Made by a program: the position numbers and the translations under genes
Shown here: in pieces, positions 28,508 through 38,884 of the stretch
How the letters are laid out: each line of letters begins with the position of its first letter
Position numbering within the stretch: the stretch's first letter is position 1
Notes under the pieces: generated by a model
Told to the model about the DNA's origin: nothing
The model's database searches: none
Seen by the model: the letters and a program-made list of their open reading frames with translations, nothing else
DNA from: an uncultured Pseudomonadales bacterium
GTDB lineage: Bacteria > Patescibacteriota > Microgenomatia > UBA1400 > PJMF01
Direction of reading: 5' to 3'
NCBI GenBank assembly: GCA_964648715.1
Contig: CAZYNM010000002.1
Span: forward strand, 25,056 to 89,055
DNA: 64,000 nucleotides

Positions 28508-29877
28508 AGACAGTTTTTGTTTGCCATACTTGCGGAAGTGAATTCCCCCGTTGGAGTGGCCAATGTAGCAACTGCGGAGCATGGAATACCCTTGTAGAAG
28601 AAGTTAAAGAGAAGAATCAAACCAAGACCTCTAGCGTTCTCGCCGAAAAAAGTAGTATCTTCTTTTCTCAAGTCGAGCTCGTAAAAGGCTCAAAAAAGCG
28701 TTTTTCTACGGGAGTTAGTGAGTTGGATAGGGTATTGGGTGGAGAAAAAAGTGAACAAGGTATGATTGCTGGTGCTGTTATGCTCTTGGGTGGAGAACCG
28801 GGGATTGGAAAGTCAACTTTACTTACCCAAGTTGTGCTACATGCTCTAAAACAACAAGGTACTAATAGTCCTGCTCCTGTGGTGTATGTCTGTGGTGAAG
28901 AGAGTCCAAGTCAAATAGCATTAAGAATCAATAGATTATTAGAATCAGAACAAGAAAAAAACAGTGACACTTCATACGTTAAAAATCTCTTGTTCGTGAC
29001 AACTACGGATATTGACGCCGTCGCAGCTGTTCTGGAACAGGAAAAACCTTCACTTGTCATTGTTGATAGTATTCAGACAGTACATACCGAGCAATTGTCG
29101 GGTGGAGCAGGTAGTGTGGGGCAAGTGCGCTACTGTACAGAGATCCTTACTGAGCTTGCAAAGAAGTTAAGCTTCCCATTATTTCTGGTGGGTCATGTCA
29201 CTAAGGAAGGTCAGATTGCTGGTCCCAAGGTTCTAGAACATGTAGTTGATGCAGTCATTGAACTCACCGGGGAGCGAACGGGGGAATTGCGATTACTTCG
29301 GGCTATTAAAAATAGATTTGGTGCCACCGATGAAGTAGGTGTGCTTCAATTGACTGAGTACGGTTTTTACTCAGTTGAAAACGCAAGTAGCTTTTTTATT
29401 GAGCATCAAGAAAAAGCAGTGCCCGGCTCAGTATGTACCTGTGTGCTTGAAGGTACGCGACCATTGGCTCTGGAAGTTCAAGCACTGGTTGTTAAGTCAC
29501 CCCTAGCAATGCCAAGGCGAGTAGGCAGAGGAGTGGAAATAAGCAGGTTGCAAGTTATTACCGCAGTATTACAGAAATATTCCCGCATGCCGTTTGATGA
29601 GTATGATATTTTTGTTAGTTTAGCTGGTGGCTATACCACCAAAGAGCCTGCACTTGATTTAGCAATAGCAGTAGCACTGGTGAGTTCACTTAAAAACACC
29701 AGTATTCAGGCTGGTACGGCTGTAGTAGGAGAGGTGGGACTTTTGGGTGAAGTTCGGTCTGTGCAGTTGTTGGACAGGAGAAAGAAGGAACTTGAAAGAA
29801 TAGGATTTAAAAACATTTTTCTTCCAAATGAGTACAAAAATGTAAAAAATGTGCTAGCTGAATTAAAGCTACTGTAA
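28495..29877 (+). CDS. radA: DNA repair protein RadA/Sms
   Basis: CxxC..W.GQC..CGAWN zinc finger, GEPGIGKST, DSIQT, GHVTKEG, KNRFG, GEVGL.GEVR. Confidence 0.96.
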   Translation: MPKLKTVFVCHTCGSEFPRWSGQCSNCGAWNTLVEEVKEKNQTKTSSVLAEKSSIFFSQVELVKGSKKRFSTGVSELDRVLGGEKSEQGMIAGAVMLLGGEPGIGKSTLLTQVVLHALKQQGTNSPAPVVYVCGEESPSQIALRINRLLESEQEKNSDTSYVKNLLFVTTTDIDAVAAVLEQEKPSLVIVDSIQTVHTEQLSGGAGSVGQVRYCTEILTELAKKLSFPLFLVGHVTKEGQIAGPKVLEHVVDAVIELTGERTGELRLLRAIKNRFGATDEVGVLQLTEYGFYSVENASSFFIEHQEKAVPGSVCTCVLEGTRPLALEVQALVVKSPLAMPRRVGRGVEISRLQVITAVLQKYSRMPFDEYDIFVSLAGGYTTKEPALDLAIAVALVSSLKNTSIQAGTAVVGEVGLLGEVRSVQLLDRRKKELERIGFKNIFLPNEYKNVKNVLAELKLL

Positions 29878-29880
29878 CAA

Positions 29881-32019
29881 CTACTTTTTATTTGCAGCGT
29901 AACGCTCACGACTTACTTTAACCACTTTATCTTTGTTTTTATTGCTACTCTTTGCCAGAGGGAGTGTCTCGGCTGGGAAGGGCTCCGAGATCATGTTGTT
30001 GATGGTAATTTTATTGACTATTTGATGTTTACCTAATGAAACAAGTTCATCTGCTGTGTAGCGGTTGTTAAATTCACGAGCCAGAACACCTGCATCCTCA
30101 GATCCAGTGACAAAGCTCACTATACTACCACAGTTGCCGAAAATTGCTTTTTGTACATCTTCTGGAATCTGTCCCATATATTGGTTAGCAAGAATAAGGT
30201 CAAGACGATACTTACGTGCTTCAGATAGAATCTTGGTAAATGATTCGGTTGCGAAGTTCTGGAACTCGTCTACGTACAAATAAAAATCGCGCCGTTCCTC
30301 TTCAGGAATATGAACACGAGCCATAGCAGCAAGCTGAATCTTGGTGATAAGCATGGCTCCTAGCAGTGTCGCATTATCTTCTCCCAACTTGCCTTGTGAT
30401 AGGTTGACCAAGATAATCTTGCCGGTATCCATCGCTTCTTCAATACTAAACGAACTATAGCGCGAATTGACCACATCACGAACCAATGGAGAGGAAACAA
30501 ACTGTCCCACTTTATTTAAGATAGGAGCAATTGCCTCGGTGCGTAACTTCTCTTGCATGGTGTCAAACTCTTGTTCCCAGAAATTCTTGAGAATATCATC
30601 ATCAAGTTGGGCAACCAGTTTTTGACGGAATGACTTGTTGGTAAGCATCTCAATAATGTCCGACAAGCGCGCTGTCTCACTCTTAAGGAGGGTTAGTAGT
30701 GCATTGCGTAGAATGTACTCAAGCCTAGGTCCCCAGGAGTAGGCATATAACTTGCGAAAAACAGACACGATACCAGATGCAATAAGTTCACGATGCACAA
30801 TATTAGTTCCCTCAAAGAGGTTTATCTGAACTGTTTTTTCTGGATCGCTGGGATCAAAGTAAATGACGTCATTAATACGACGTGAGGGAATATAGTTAAG
30901 GAGTGTCTCAACTAAATCGCCATGAGGATCAATCACACACATCCCCTCATCATTCTTTAAGTCACTGATAGCCATGTTGGCCAATAGAGTAGATTTACCG
31001 GTGCCGGTTTTTCCGATTACGTACATATGACGTCGTCTATCAACACGATGAACACCATACACATTTGCCACGTTCTTATAAATTGTTCTAGCAAAGGCAT
31101 TAATGTCTTTTTTCTGTTCCGCAGGAGTTTGAGCGGTGATCACAGGGAGATTCTCTGGTGGTTCACCCAGTAACTTTCTGCCCCAGGCAATGTTGGGAAT
31201 ACTAGCAATAACTGGAGTAGGGAGATGAAACATCGTGGCCAACTCATCAACCGAAAAATGTTGGGTGTCAAACAGGCCAAATGACCGATCGAGTATTTTT
31301 TGTTTAAGCAGCTCGGGAAAGAAATATGCTCGTTTCAAACTCAGCGAATTGCTTTCACTTTTAGTGATTCCTTGGAATGTTTGTGCGATTGTCTCGAGCA
31401 AATGGACGCTTCTGTGTTTTGTTTCTGCACCCACAAGTATCCGCAGGGCAACATCACACGATTGCTGGTTCCGTTTCATATCTATGAGTGCTTGTTGGGG
31501 ATGTGGTGTAGAGGAAGTAGAGAGTGCAGAAGAAGGAAAATAGTGACTTGGTCTACTAATTACATACTGAATCACTGCATGATCTTGTGCCCTTAATTGT
31601 GAGAGTGTTGCTATAAGTGGCATGAGTGGATCTGTCTGTGAGAAGTCTTTGTATGTTTTGAGCGGCAGAGCGGAGCCGTTTGAAAGCACCATGGTTCCAA
31701 CTGTGTACTCTCTTGGTTGTCCAGTAGCTGAAGTAAAGAGAGGATCGTGATCAAGTTTGGTGACATGCACATCCGGGTATGCAGCAGTGAGAATACTAAT
31801 AGTGTAATCAGCTACTCTCTCTGGACAATATAAAACAAAGCTAATCCGCTGTTCTTTGACATGAATCTCAAGACTCATATGTTCAAAACGCTGCAGAAGG
31901 TGATCCCACCAATAGTTGTGTAGATCTGGAAGCGTAGAGATAAACTGAATTATTGCCTCTGAGGTGTATGTGTTCGTTTTGGACACTTTAAGCTCGTATG
32001 CTACATGGCTTACTGACAT
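29881..32019 (-). CDS. VirD4/TraG-like coupling-protein ATPase (HerA/DUF87 type)
   Basis: DRRRHMYVIGKTGTGKSTLL, IDPHGD, WGPRLE, LYVDEFQNF, LSEARKY, ANQY..Q. Confidence 0.85.
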   Translation of the reverse strand: MSVSHVAYELKVSKTNTYTSEAIIQFISTLPDLHNYWWDHLLQRFEHMSLEIHVKEQRISFVLYCPERVADYTISILTAAYPDVHVTKLDHDPLFTSATGQPREYTVGTMVLSNGSALPLKTYKDFSQTDPLMPLIATLSQLRAQDHAVIQYVISRPSHYFPSSALSTSSTPHPQQALIDMKRNQQSCDVALRILVGAETKHRSVHLLETIAQTFQGITKSESNSLSLKRAYFFPELLKQKILDRSFGLFDTQHFSVDELATMFHLPTPVIASIPNIAWGRKLLGEPPENLPVITAQTPAEQKKDINAFARTIYKNVANVYGVHRVDRRRHMYVIGKTGTGKSTLLANMAISDLKNDEGMCVIDPHGDLVETLLNYIPSRRINDVIYFDPSDPEKTVQINLFEGTNIVHRELIASGIVSVFRKLYAYSWGPRLEYILRNALLTLLKSETARLSDIIEMLTNKSFRQKLVAQLDDDILKNFWEQEFDTMQEKLRTEAIAPILNKVGQFVSSPLVRDVVNSRYSSFSIEEAMDTGKIILVNLSQGKLGEDNATLLGAMLITKIQLAAMARVHIPEEERRDFYLYVDEFQNFATESFTKILSEARKYRLDLILANQYMGQIPEDVQKAIFGNCGSIVSFVTGSEDAGVLAREFNNRYTADELVSLGKHQIVNKITINNMISEPFPAETLPLAKSSNKNKDKVVKVSRERYAANKK

Positions 32020-32169
32020 ATATTTAGTATACCATTGAAGAGAGTAGGAGTTTTTTTACATCTTTTCCACTGTGTGTTTTTGATGTTAATAAGTTCAGAT
32101 TCAGTTGGCTTTATTTTATAAAATATTAATTATGAGATATTAAAAAATGAGGGTATAGATAGTTATAGG

Positions 32170-32198
32170 TTGACGATGATAAGGCGAAACGCTATACT
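32170..32198 (+). promoter_or_regulatory. Near-consensus sigma70 promoter with no adjacent long ORF
   Basis: TTGACG (32170-32175)-17 nt-TATACT (32193-32198). Confidence 0.65.
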
Positions 32199-32204
32199 AT
32201 CAGC

Positions 32205-32480
32205 ACAGCACAAATAACCTTGAGTGCAGTAAGAACTAACAGCATGGGGGGAGACGAAAAAAAGCATCATTATCGCTGGACAGACCACGTATAACAATGC
32301 TTTTTTCTGAATATCTCCATCTTTTAAGGGATGGAAAAGTGTAAGTAGGGTTACTATAGATGTATCCAACTACTTTGTAAACAAAATCTTTCTCCATCCT
32401 TGTGTATACAAGTGTGCTAAAGTGTTGAATGGAGGTTCGGCAGTTGGGCAGGCAGCCGAGCTTCCATCCAGCACTTATTG
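32205..32480 (+). ncRNA. Candidate structured RNA: three tandem long hairpins
   Basis: Rod-like inverted repeats at 32244-32320, 32327-32401 and 32420-32476, each with an ATGG...TCCAT pairing; G-U pairs favour the + strand. Confidence 0.4.
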
Positions 32481-32546
32481 ATATATTACTTAATAATATC
32501 CTATATTGTTGTATATTTTGCCTATCTTTGATATACTACACGAACG

Positions 32547-33299
32547 ATGTCGTTAGTTCTTGCAACCCATGGACAGCTCCTCCAAACGAACTTTCCTAGA
32601 GTACGTAATCGTCTTGTTGGTGTACGTTTGGCAGGACTTCCACAAAGAAGTGCGACAATTAAAAAATTAAAAGCGTATAGCATTGTTGTTCTACGCTTTG
32701 TTTTATTTTCCATTATTATCACCGCATGTCTCGTTATTGGTAGTTTGGTTATACCTGAGTTAAGCAGTCGTCTGTTCTCAGACACCCAAGAAGGGGTTTT
32801 TGTACAGGCGGGTGAGCAACATGTAGAACCCAGTACTGCTCAAGTAAAAAAACCTATTGAGCGTCCTGTTGATGCAACACTGCCACAGGGGACATGGATC
32901 CGCATTCCGTCAATAGGGGTCAATACTCAAGCGAGACCTTTGCAGAATGCAGATGAAGCGCTGGCCGAAGGTGCGTGGATGGTCCCTGATTTTGGCAGAC
33001 CAGGAGACGAGACACAACCAACTATTATGGCTGCGCATCGATATGGCTGGAAGTGGTGGTGGCAAAGTGACTATTGGAAGCTAAACTCATTTTATCTGCT
33101 CACCGAAACAAAACCAGGAGACACAATTGAGGTTGTGTCTGATCAAAAGAAGTATATATACGAGATTTATGCCAGTGGGGAAGGTGAAGAGATAACCGAC
33201 TACTCAGCAGACTTAATCTTATACACCTGTAAGTTTATGAACTCTCCAATTCGCTATTTTAGATATGCCAAACTACACCCCTATGTGGACGCAGTTTAG
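32547..33299 (+). CDS. Sortase family protein
   Basis: N-terminal TM; IRIPSIGV, AAHR (His), LILYTC (Cys), downstream Arg. Confidence 0.8.
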   Translation: MSLVLATHGQLLQTNFPRVRNRLVGVRLAGLPQRSATIKKLKAYSIVVLRFVLFSIIITACLVIGSLVIPELSSRLFSDTQEGVFVQAGEQHVEPSTAQVKKPIERPVDATLPQGTWIRIPSIGVNTQARPLQNADEALAEGAWMVPDFGRPGDETQPTIMAAHRYGWKWWWQSDYWKLNSFYLLTETKPGDTIEVVSDQKKYIYEIYASGEGEEITDYSADLILYTCKFMNSPIRYFRYAKLHPYVDAV

Positions 33300-33302
33300 T
33301 TT

Positions 33303-34979
33303 CTAGAGCTGTGATGGTATCTGTGAAATCTGTTGCGCTAGTTGGTCCAAGACAACAGGCTCTCCTTTGATGGCTGAAAATATTTGTGTAGCACCTTCCA
33401 TAATATCTGAATCATGATTAATGAGATCTGGATAGAGGATAGCAAACTTAATCAGCTCGGCATATTGCTCATGAATGCAGCTTTTAAAGGTCTCAGAAAA
33501 CAGTTCCTTAAAGTATCCTTTTAGATGGATCTGACCTCCAGCAACCTGAGATGCAAAATCCACCATATTTGACCGCTCAAAAACGGCCTTCGGTTCAACA
33601 CCACCTTTCCCGTCTGGCTGACAAAAAAGCGAAAGAAACTTGATGGCATCCTCTTCTGTTTCAAAAAGATTGAGTCTGTCTTTGCCAATGACATCATGGA
33701 AGTGCATCGTCATATATTCATTAAATTTCTTAAACATATCGCTGATTGTTGTGTCATCAGGGTGATTAAGAAAGAGATCGGGAAAATTAAACACCCTTGT
33801 CACCATGCGAGCTTTGCCGTGCAGTACACGAACATACACTTCTGGAGAAAACTGATTCACTTCTAATTCAGGGTCGGTGCCGTGGCCAGCAACTTCGTGC
33901 AAGAAGTATTCAGCACACTCACTGAGTGGATATATGCTCTGCATACTAGCGGGAATAAGAAGTTTGTGTTCAGACGGAGAAAAGGCTGTTTGCTCAGGAT
34001 TAGTGGGATCCGTATATGAACCTATACAAATTTGATGCTCATGCTCACCAAAACAGCATGCAGTAAATTTCTCAAGATAGCGTGTATACACTTCATTTTT
34101 GAAGTCTACACGGTGCTGGTATTCTTGGCTGATGTGCATCTCAGCTTTCTGCCAAAGTTCTTCATCAATATTTTTATCAAAGTTTTCTGGCAGCTCAGGA
34201 AGACCGAGGAGACTACGATAATATTTTATTTCTCCCACGAGTCTACGTAGTTCTGCCTCACTCGCTTCTTGAGACGCAGTGTGAGCTTCAGAGTAAGAAG
34301 TATTGGACATAGTCGCTGCGACATCAGCCGATTCTTTTGTTCTACCGCTTAACCACCCAAACTTACTTCCTGCTGCTCCAAGTGCGGCGCTGCCCAAGAG
34401 CCCAAGCGTCCCATACAAGAATCTTCTTCTTGAAGGATCTGACACCCTCTGAGCCTGTTGCTTGCTGACTTGGACGACTTTGTGCTCACTGATTACTTGG
34501 CTGCCACAGCACTGGATACGTATGTTTTGAGAAATGAGGAACAGCTCTGCTGAGGCTAATGCTTTCATCCCCAGATCAATAAGTTTTTGATTGGGCACGT
34601 TTTTTCCAAGTTCTTTTTGTAAAATATACGCAAGTGCATTGATATGTTCAAAGATCGTTGACTCGAGAACCGAAGTAGAGTTGCAGCTTTCTGGGTTGGC
34701 AATGAGTGTGAGCAAGGCAACAACCGCCGGTTGTACTGCTTCTGGCGCGTGCTCTTCTCGCAGGCGCTGGGGACGAGAGCCAGCGCGAAAAAACTGAAGC
34801 GTAACCCCATCACGCATAATATCCAATTGACTCTGTGCCAGTGTGAGTGTGTGTTGTGTAAGTTTCTCTGGAGGCGTGTGACTATGTGACTCAACCATCA
34901 ATGAGAATGCACTGTTGATTCTTGTGAGATGGGATGAGCTATACGGCTCGTGGGCACCGTTGTTGTCTTCAATTGCCAT
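33303..34979 (-). CDS. Hypothetical membrane-anchored protein with HExxGH putative zinc motif
   Basis: 558-aa ORF; internal SRRRFL followed by a hydrophobic helix; FLHEVAGHG. Confidence 0.6.
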   Translation of the reverse strand: MAIEDNNGAHEPYSSSHLTRINSAFSLMVESHSHTPPEKLTQHTLTLAQSQLDIMRDGVTLQFFRAGSRPQRLREEHAPEAVQPAVVALLTLIANPESCNSTSVLESTIFEHINALAYILQKELGKNVPNQKLIDLGMKALASAELFLISQNIRIQCCGSQVISEHKVVQVSKQQAQRVSDPSRRRFLYGTLGLLGSAALGAAGSKFGWLSGRTKESADVAATMSNTSYSEAHTASQEASEAELRRLVGEIKYYRSLLGLPELPENFDKNIDEELWQKAEMHISQEYQHRVDFKNEVYTRYLEKFTACCFGEHEHQICIGSYTDPTNPEQTAFSPSEHKLLIPASMQSIYPLSECAEYFLHEVAGHGTDPELEVNQFSPEVYVRVLHGKARMVTRVFNFPDLFLNHPDDTTISDMFKKFNEYMTMHFHDVIGKDRLNLFETEEDAIKFLSLFCQPDGKGGVEPKAVFERSNMVDFASQVAGGQIHLKGYFKELFSETFKSCIHEQYAELIKFAILYPDLINHDSDIMEGATQIFSAIKGEPVVLDQLAQQISQIPSQL

Positions 34980-35016
34980 ATAATCATAGTAGCATTAGCC
35001 TACCCAAGGCGTAAAC

Positions 35017-35045
35017 TTGACAAAATGATTAGTATTTGCGATACT
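35017..35045 (+). promoter_or_regulatory. Sigma70 promoter of rho
   Basis: TTGACA-17 nt-GATACT with an extended TG. Confidence 0.55.
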
Positions 35046-35149
35046 ATCACTGTTGTTTTTCTGTTTGTTTTAGAGATATTTTCACACTTGATGATTTTCA
35101 CCGTTTTGAACAATTGTAGTATGTAGTGTCATAAAAGGGTGGCGTATAT

Positions 35150-36487
35150 ATGCCAAAGACTGCGACAGTAAAAAAAGAAGAAGTGGTGCAAGAACCTGTA
35201 GCTAGTGAGATTCAAGCGCCAGCAAAGGTTATTCCCATTGTCCCTGTGGTCCCTGTTGTACCTGCACAGCCATCACCAGTTAAACCATTACCTAAAATCA
35301 TGCCGTTACGCACACCTGCTCCTCAGCACCGTGAAGAGCGTGTAGAGAAGGATGTGCCAAGTGCAGTGGTGACGGGTATCCTTGATACTTCAAAAGATGG
35401 TCATGGAGTCCTGCGTGTTCACATGAGTGGAGATGATGAAAATGATATCTATATATCCACCTCTCAAATTCGTCGTTCCAAGTTAAGACCTGGTGATGTT
35501 ATTACTGGTCCTGCTCGCTATCCTAAAGAAAATGAGCGGTATTGGGGATTGCTTAAAATTGATTCAGTAAATGGCTATCCAATCGAAGAGTTCTTGCAAC
35601 TGGATCGCATTAAGTTCAAATCACTTACGCCTGTTTATCCAAATGAGCAGATAAAACTGGAGACTGGAGAAGAACCTCTTGCGCTACGTGTAATTGATCT
35701 TATCGCACCAATTGGCAAAGGGCAGAGAAGCTTGATCGTTTCTCCTCCCAAAGCAGGTAAAACCACTCTTCTCAAGGAAATTGCAACTGGTGTGGCTGCC
35801 AATCACCCAGAGATTCATGTAATGGCAGTTCTGGTTGGAGAACGCCCTGAAGAAGTGACTGATATTCGTCGTCATATTGACCAGATCACCAAAGGAAAAG
35901 GAGAAGTAGCTGCCAGTAATTTTGATGAGTCTGCAGATGATCAGTGCCGAGTCGCTGAGCTGGCGCTTGAAAAAGCAAAGCGCATGGTTGAAGCAGGTAA
36001 AGATGTTTTGATCCTCCTGGACTCAATTACCCGTCTGGCTCGTGCTTACAATCTCTCAATTCCTACATCAGGTAGGACGTTATCGGGTGGATTTGATCCG
36101 GCAGCGTTGTTCCCTCCCAAGAAGTTCTTTGGAGCAGCTCGTAACTTTGAAGTTCAAGGCTCATTGACCATCATTGGTACTGCTTTGGTTGATACTGGTT
36201 CGCGCATGGACGACCTCGTCTACGAAGAGTTTAAAGGAACTGGTAACCAAGAAGTACATCTAGATCGTCGTTTGGCTGAGCGAAGGATTTTTCCTGCGAT
36301 TGACGTTCAGAGATCTGGTACACGCAGAGATGATCTCCTAGTGGATAGTATGACCTATCAGTCTGTTGCAACATTGCATCGCATGCTTGATACCTTTGAT
36401 AAAGAAGAACGAACACAAATACTCATTGAACAACTTAAAAAGAGTAAATCAAACAAGGCATTCTTAGCATCTCTAAAAGAGGGCTAA
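35150..36487 (+). CDS. rho: Transcription termination factor Rho
   Basis: DIYIS.SQIRR..LR.GD, APIGKGQR.LIVSPPKAGKT, ERPEEVTD, LDSITRLARAYN, EEFKGTGN, FPAID..SGTR. Confidence 0.97.
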   Translation: MPKTATVKKEEVVQEPVASEIQAPAKVIPIVPVVPVVPAQPSPVKPLPKIMPLRTPAPQHREERVEKDVPSAVVTGILDTSKDGHGVLRVHMSGDDENDIYISTSQIRRSKLRPGDVITGPARYPKENERYWGLLKIDSVNGYPIEEFLQLDRIKFKSLTPVYPNEQIKLETGEEPLALRVIDLIAPIGKGQRSLIVSPPKAGKTTLLKEIATGVAANHPEIHVMAVLVGERPEEVTDIRRHIDQITKGKGEVAASNFDESADDQCRVAELALEKAKRMVEAGKDVLILLDSITRLARAYNLSIPTSGRTLSGGFDPAALFPPKKFFGAARNFEVQGSLTIIGTALVDTGSRMDDLVYEEFKGTGNQEVHLDRRLAERRIFPAIDVQRSGTRRDDLLVDSMTYQSVATLHRMLDTFDKEERTQILIEQLKKSKSNKAFLASLKEG

Positions 36488-36534
36488 TCTATCTTGCGCT
36501 GTACTGCATGTGTGCTCGTATAATGGAGTGAGGT

Positions 36535-37653
36535 ATGTTTCATACAGTGAAAGTAAAGCTTCACGAAGTAACTAGCGAAGTAAGAGAGTTTGGTGCATTT
36601 ATTGTTCACTACATGAGAGTGCGCTCATATGTCTGGTTTCATAAATTTGAAGTAGTAAAAGACGCTCTTGTTGACTTGCTGTATCGCAAGCGAGGTCGCT
36701 ATGTCAGGCCATTCTTGCACCTTGGGACTATCGGTCTTATTTTCTTGGTTATTACTGTCGGTCCAGTGATTTTTGCGAGCGAAGAGGAAAAAGCGAAACA
36801 AGGAGGAGGCATTCTTGATACAGGGACACAAGTAGTTTCTTTATATACTGAGCAGGCAGAGGAGGTGCGTGCATTCCGCGGTGGTGAAATAACGGTACAT
36901 GTTGTCTCGCAAGGAGAAACACTTTCTAGCATTGCTGAGCGGTATGGATTGCAAGTGAGTACAATAGTTTGGGAGAACAAGATCCAGGAGAAAGCCGCAC
37001 TCAAGCCTGGAACTGAACTTAAGATTTTGCCTGTGGATGGTGTACGTCACCAGGTACAGCGCGGTGAAACAATTTTCTCTATTGCGAAGAAATATGGTCT
37101 AGATAGCTCTCAAGCCCAGGTAATTGTTGACTATCCATTTAATGAGTTCCTGAATGATGAAACATTTGAATTAGCAACTGGGCAGTTCTTGATGGTGCCA
37201 GATGGTGTGCCTCCGGTTGAGGAAAGCATCCAGCCCAAGATTGCTCAAAAAGTTATTCTTACACCAGATGCGGGTTCTGTGTCGGCAACCGGTTCATTCC
37301 GCTGGCCTGCGGCAGGCACAATTACTCAGGGATATCGCTTCTACCACAAAGCAATTGACATTGCTAATAGAGCGGGAGGACCAATTTTAGCTGCAGACAG
37401 TGGAGTAGTGGTTGGTGCGGGATGGGATACAAGTGGCTATGGTAATAGAGTTCTGATAGACCATGGGAATGGATATGTTACACTCTATGCCCACATGAGT
37501 GTCTTGCAAGTTACTCCTGGACAAAAACTTAATAGAGGTGATGTAGTAGGACAAATGGGAAGTACAGGAAGATCAACAGGTACCCACCTGCACTTTGAAA
37601 TTAGACAAAGTGGAGCGCTCTTGAATCCGCTCACGTTCTTGGGAGGTGGCTAA
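36535..37653 (+). CDS. LysM-LysM-M23 peptidoglycan endopeptidase
   Basis: Two LysM repeats (V..GETL..IA..YG), H.AIDIA, GYGN, TLYAHM, GSTGRSTG.HLHFE. Confidence 0.92.
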   Translation: MFHTVKVKLHEVTSEVREFGAFIVHYMRVRSYVWFHKFEVVKDALVDLLYRKRGRYVRPFLHLGTIGLIFLVITVGPVIFASEEEKAKQGGGILDTGTQVVSLYTEQAEEVRAFRGGEITVHVVSQGETLSSIAERYGLQVSTIVWENKIQEKAALKPGTELKILPVDGVRHQVQRGETIFSIAKKYGLDSSQAQVIVDYPFNEFLNDETFELATGQFLMVPDGVPPVEESIQPKIAQKVILTPDAGSVSATGSFRWPAAGTITQGYRFYHKAIDIANRAGGPILAADSGVVVGAGWDTSGYGNRVLIDHGNGYVTLYAHMSVLQVTPGQKLNRGDVVGQMGSTGRSTGTHLHFEIRQSGALLNPLTFLGGG

Positions 37654-38874
<1,221 letters not shown>

Positions 38875-38884
38875 GAACTGCTCG

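Noticed and set aside
32244-32294. 16-codon mini-ORF MGGDEKKHHYRWTDHV as a leader peptide
   Set aside because: No SD, start buried in hairpin 1, and no other support. It cannot be excluded without ribosome profiling.
32205-32480. tmRNA, SRP RNA, RNase P RNA or tRNA
   Set aside because: No T-arm plus CCA end, no SRP CAGG-GNRA-AGCAG loop and no GAGGAAAGTCC motif. Kept only as an unknown structured RNA.
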